The notes under the pieces were generated by a model, which saw only the letters and a list, made by a program, of their open reading frames with translations, made no database searches and was not told the origin of the DNA. DNA of 64,000 nt from Macrostomum lignano (lineage: Eukaryota): assembly GCA_002269645.1 (NCBI GenBank), contig NIVC01002212.1:1-64000 (forward strand), given 5' to 3'. The position numbers and the translations under genes were made by a program. Below, one piece after another: positions 60,659 to 64,000 of this stretch (position 1 is the first letter of the stretch; each line of letters begins with the position of its first letter).

Positions 60659-61400
60659 ATAACAACAACAATAACAACAACAAAATACGCGGCCCCGCAA
60701 GCAAAGGTCACAGTTAGAACAGGGCGGTTCAGATGGCGCGCCGCAGAGCCTGGGAGCAAACAAAGTCCGCTCCGTTGGCAGTGTCGGGCACCCCAGCGTC
60801 GCACAGCAGGCAGTCCACGTATCGACGGGTTCAGGCCTGACCCCGCCTGAACGGACCCTGCAAGGTGAGCAGCAGGACGTCCCGAACAGGTTGGGGGCAG
60901 TAGCCCACGGCCCGGATCACGTGGCCCGCCAGTTGAAGTCGCCGCCGGCGCAGGATGGTGGACGGGCGCTGCAGCTTGGCCCGATCGTACAGGGCCTCGG
61001 TCCCGACGCTCTCGTCAGCTCGAAAGGCTGCACGGAGCAGCCCTGAGTGCGCCGAGTCCAGCTGCCGCTCCAGCGTAGCCGTCAGCGTCCACTCGGCGTT
61101 GTATAGCAGGACGGTTTCGCCCACCGCCTGCCACAGCTGAGCCCTCTGGCGGTCGGGCAGCGCTTCAGACTGGAGGACGGCTCGGATCTAACGAAAGGCC
61201 GCCCAGGAAAGTCCTCTGCGCCGCCGGAGGTCCTCTTCCACGTAGGGCACCAGACCGCCGAGGTAGGTGAACCGCTGGCAGCGTGCCTGCTGGGATGTCC
61301 GCTGGGATGTCGGCCGGTACTGTCAGCACCTCGGTCTTCAGCGTGTTGACGATCACGCTGACGACCTCTATAGAAACTATAACTTCCAAGTGGTCTTTGA
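60659..61400 (-). mobile_element. 5'-truncated RTE-like non-LTR element with a (TTG)n 3' tail
   Basis: ETVLLYNAEWTLT..LDSAHSGLLRAAF..RRRRLQLAGHVIR..VLLLTLQGPFRRGQ. The (AAC)n run at 60659-60682 on + is a microsatellite tail typical of RTE. Confidence 0.88.
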
Positions 61401-62229
61401 TCATAAACTTCTGCATACCATTGACTCGGGTTCGGCTAATTTCTTAACAGTAGAAAGACGACGCTATTTTTCCTCATGACGAAAGACCATGGGGGTGTAT
61501 TACAAATACACGCAACCAATTTCATCATAGCTCGCAAACTGAATAACCGATTTTCGTAAAAGTCCAAAACTTGGATCAAAATTTCCCCCTCTTTCCAACG
61601 AATTAACTTTCAAAGTCATCCGACGTCAGCATCGTCGAGATATTCAACGATTCTTGTCGAAGACACTGGTGGCAAGGACAACCAACACTACACTGTATAA
61701 ACCTTTATGGTGAATCCATATTGGCTCAATAATCTGGGTCCATCTGTCGGAGAGGCCTTTCTTCTCAGCATCCCAGGAACTAGGGTCCCCTTCATCACCG
61801 TCTGGAGTATCGGCGGCGACCGTCGGGACCTTCAACAAAAGCACCCGATCGGCATCGCAGAGACGGCTGCGTTCCCAAAACTGAAATGGAAGAATCCTTT
61901 TCTGCATGCAGCATTCAGTCAGTAAACACAATCGGTGAATAAAATGGACGACGGCGACCCTCTAGGTTGACCTGTAGACATACAAGCGACCTTCGGGACC
62001 TTCGGGACCTTCGGGACCTTCGGGACCTTCAACGGAGTGCCACCACGCGGCCCCGACTGCTGGCACCCCCAACATCGTGATTTTTCTGTCAAGGCACCAA
62101 ACCAGGCATGTCTGCATATTATACTATGCTTTTGCACCGTGTTAAATTGTAGAGTTACAGATTTAACTGGCGACTGAATAATATAAAATATATTTAATTT
62201 GTCAAAAATGATATTACGCATGTCAAAAA

Positions 62230-62615
62230 TGATATTACAGCATTCAGGTAAAGTCGCTCGCTTGATGAAGAGTAGATAAATAAAGGTAAATATCAACATG
62301 AAGTTAGTTATTTATTTATTTGAGTTGCCGATGCATTTCGTCCATTTGCATTAGGACATCGTCAGGGTCTTTTTATTTAAGAAACAATTTAAACGAATAT
62401 TCAGTATATATAGATAGTTAAGAGTAACAAGAGTAGTTGAATTGAGTTTTTAATTGATGGTTTAAAACTTGTACATAGGAATCAATTTTTTGATTGTTTG
62501 ATTGTTTGAATTGTTTCTTAAATAAAAAGACCCTGACGATGTCCTAATGCAAATGGACGAAATGCATCGGCAACTCAAATAAATAAATAACTAACTTCAT
62601 GTTGATATTACAGCA
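62230..62615. mobile_element. Inverted-repeat insertion with a 13-bp TSD and hammerhead cores; probable Penelope-like pLTR fragment
   Basis: TGATATTACAGCA at 62230-62242 and 62603-62615. Perfect 101-bp inverted arms at 62289-62389 and 62509-62609. Confidence 0.7.
62529..62576 (+). ncRNA. Minimal type I hammerhead ribozyme-like motif (mirror copy on - at about 62322-62369)
   Basis: CTGACGA (62533-39), extra T, stem II GTCC/GGAC, GAAA (62559-62), palindromic ATGCAT stem III and an AUC cleavage triplet (after 62568). Stem I is weak, with 2 clear base pairs. Confidence 0.6.
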
Positions 62616-62719
62616 AATTCAAAGCAGAAGGATCTGAACACTGACACATAGACACAAAGGCTGAGTCAATTGTCACTATTTAATTTGGTGCACAACGTGG
62701 GCAGTAATGGTGACTCACT

Positions 62720-63311
62720 GTCTCTTCCATTGCAGTGTGTCTTCGGCAAATTCCTTCGTCACACATGCAACACTTCCTTGTTGTCGCACTCAAAGCTTCT
62801 CATCCTTTGACTTTTGTCTCGCGCGTGTTGCACAGCGCTTTCTACCACCAACTGACACCACAGCCGCCGCTTCGCGTGCCTGTTCCTTCATTTGCTCGTC
62901 GTTGAGTCGACAACCTGCGAGCTGGAACATCAGCCTGAGATGATTGGACAGATTTTGAAGAAGAGCGGCCGATTGCGAGCGCTCCTCGATCAGAGGTTGC
63001 AGAAGTTGCGCAGCTGCCTTGCGCTGGAACTCGTTGCGATAGTTCGGCGAGGCGCAGAGCTCCGGGTGCGCCAGTCTCCAGATAGCAGCGGCATTCACAG
63101 CTGCTATGTTGAGCATGCCGCCGGAGAAGATTGCCTTCTCGCATGAGTCGGACTTTCGCTTGCAGTCGGATGTGCGGAACATCCTGTTGCAGGTGTCCGT
63201 GCCACTCTTGGTAGAATTGTAGTACGAGCCTATTGCTACAGGCTTGCCATTGGGAAGCAATTGTCTGTCGTGATGCATGGTGTGTTCTGATGCTCTTGTC
63301 GAGTCATGCAA
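62720..63311 (-). mobile_element. piggyBac transposase C-terminal remnant
   Basis: TMHH..GKPVAIGSYYNSTKSGTDTCNRM..CKRK..IFSGGMLNIAAVNA, followed by a degenerate Cys-rich RKRCAT..RQK tail. No TTAA or TIR was identified. Confidence 0.82.
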
Positions 63312-64000
63312 AAAGAACGAGTCTTCACAGAAACAAATCGACTTTACGGCCGCAGCCCAATGCCAATCTATCTAACCAAAACGCAGTTGCACACTCTCGA
63401 GCAACTGAGACCGCAAACAAATATATATTAGCACTAGCACTTACGTAAAAGGGGGGGGGGGTGCTGAGCGCACGTACGTGCTACATGATTCAGAGAGGGG
63501 GGTTGGACTTCAATGTACGCAGAAACAAAAACTAAATAATATATATATATCTTAAATCAGAAATAAAAATATACCTTCTCCTGCCAACATCCCCCCCTTC
63601 CTGACAGAGCAATGTCAGCAACAAAGACCGGAAACACTGAGCTTGAGTACCTAGTAACCGAACGGACAAACTATGACCATAGCAAAAAAACATACAACGC
63701 CTGGGAACAGCACGAGAAGCGTGAGGGCTCAAAAGAGCTCAAAAGCCAAACTGAAAAGATGTCTCGGCACCCGCCACCAAGACTCGCAAATGAAAATAAT
63801 GAAAATGCGCAAGACCGCAAACTGAAATAAGTTACTACTAAACATCAAAAAATATAAAAATTTGCAACTCAGCTTAAACTCGCAATTTTAATAAAGTCGA
63901 AAACGGTTGACAGAAAAAAACCCATCACCATAACTTAACAGAAACTTCAAACAGCTCAAACTCAAAGGAAAAACAAATGCGCCAACTGCGCTCCAACTAA

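Noticed and set aside
61985-62032. (CTTCGGGAC)x5 as a piggyBac subterminal repeat
   Set aside because: No TIR or TTAA could be placed nearby, so it is treated as a simple repeat.
63612-63830. 72-aa ORF near the window end
   Set aside because: Compositionally biased, with no motif or splice support.
1-64000. rRNA, tRNA, SL-RNA gene or prokaryotic/viral cargo
   Set aside because: No cloverleaf, rRNA conserved blocks, SL exon with donor and Sm site, or operon-like ORFs were seen by eye. tRNAscan-SE or Infernal would be needed to exclude them fully.

Overview
Eukaryotic (invertebrate metazoan) genomic DNA. GC3-rich exons sit among AT-rich intergenic DNA, and most introns hold their own minisatellite. 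This style and the flatworm-type NPF suggest a free-living flatworm such as Macrostomum, which is inference only. Five genes could be assembled by hand with consistent GT-AG splice sites and reading phase: a 9-exon WDR97-like WD40 gene (+, 3897-12326), a DH-domain RhoGEF with no visible PH domain (-, 15081-19169), a secreted PAN/apple plus F-type lectin (-, 35154-36093), an eIF4G (-, 36481-47594) and an NPF/NPY neuropeptide precursor (+, 56212-56938). The standout is the eIF4G: its MA3 region is tandemly amplified six-fold, in frame, through a chimeric exon. Its first visible exon has no usable AUG and no eIF4E-binding region. The rest of the window is about 20 tandem-repeat arrays and decayed transposons (mariner, three RTE-like fragments, two Gypsy remnants, piggyBac). 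There is also a 13-bp-TSD-flanked inverted-repeat insertion carrying hammerhead-ribozyme cores, probably Penelope-like. I found no rRNA, tRNA or CRISPR. All family calls come from motif recognition, not database searches.
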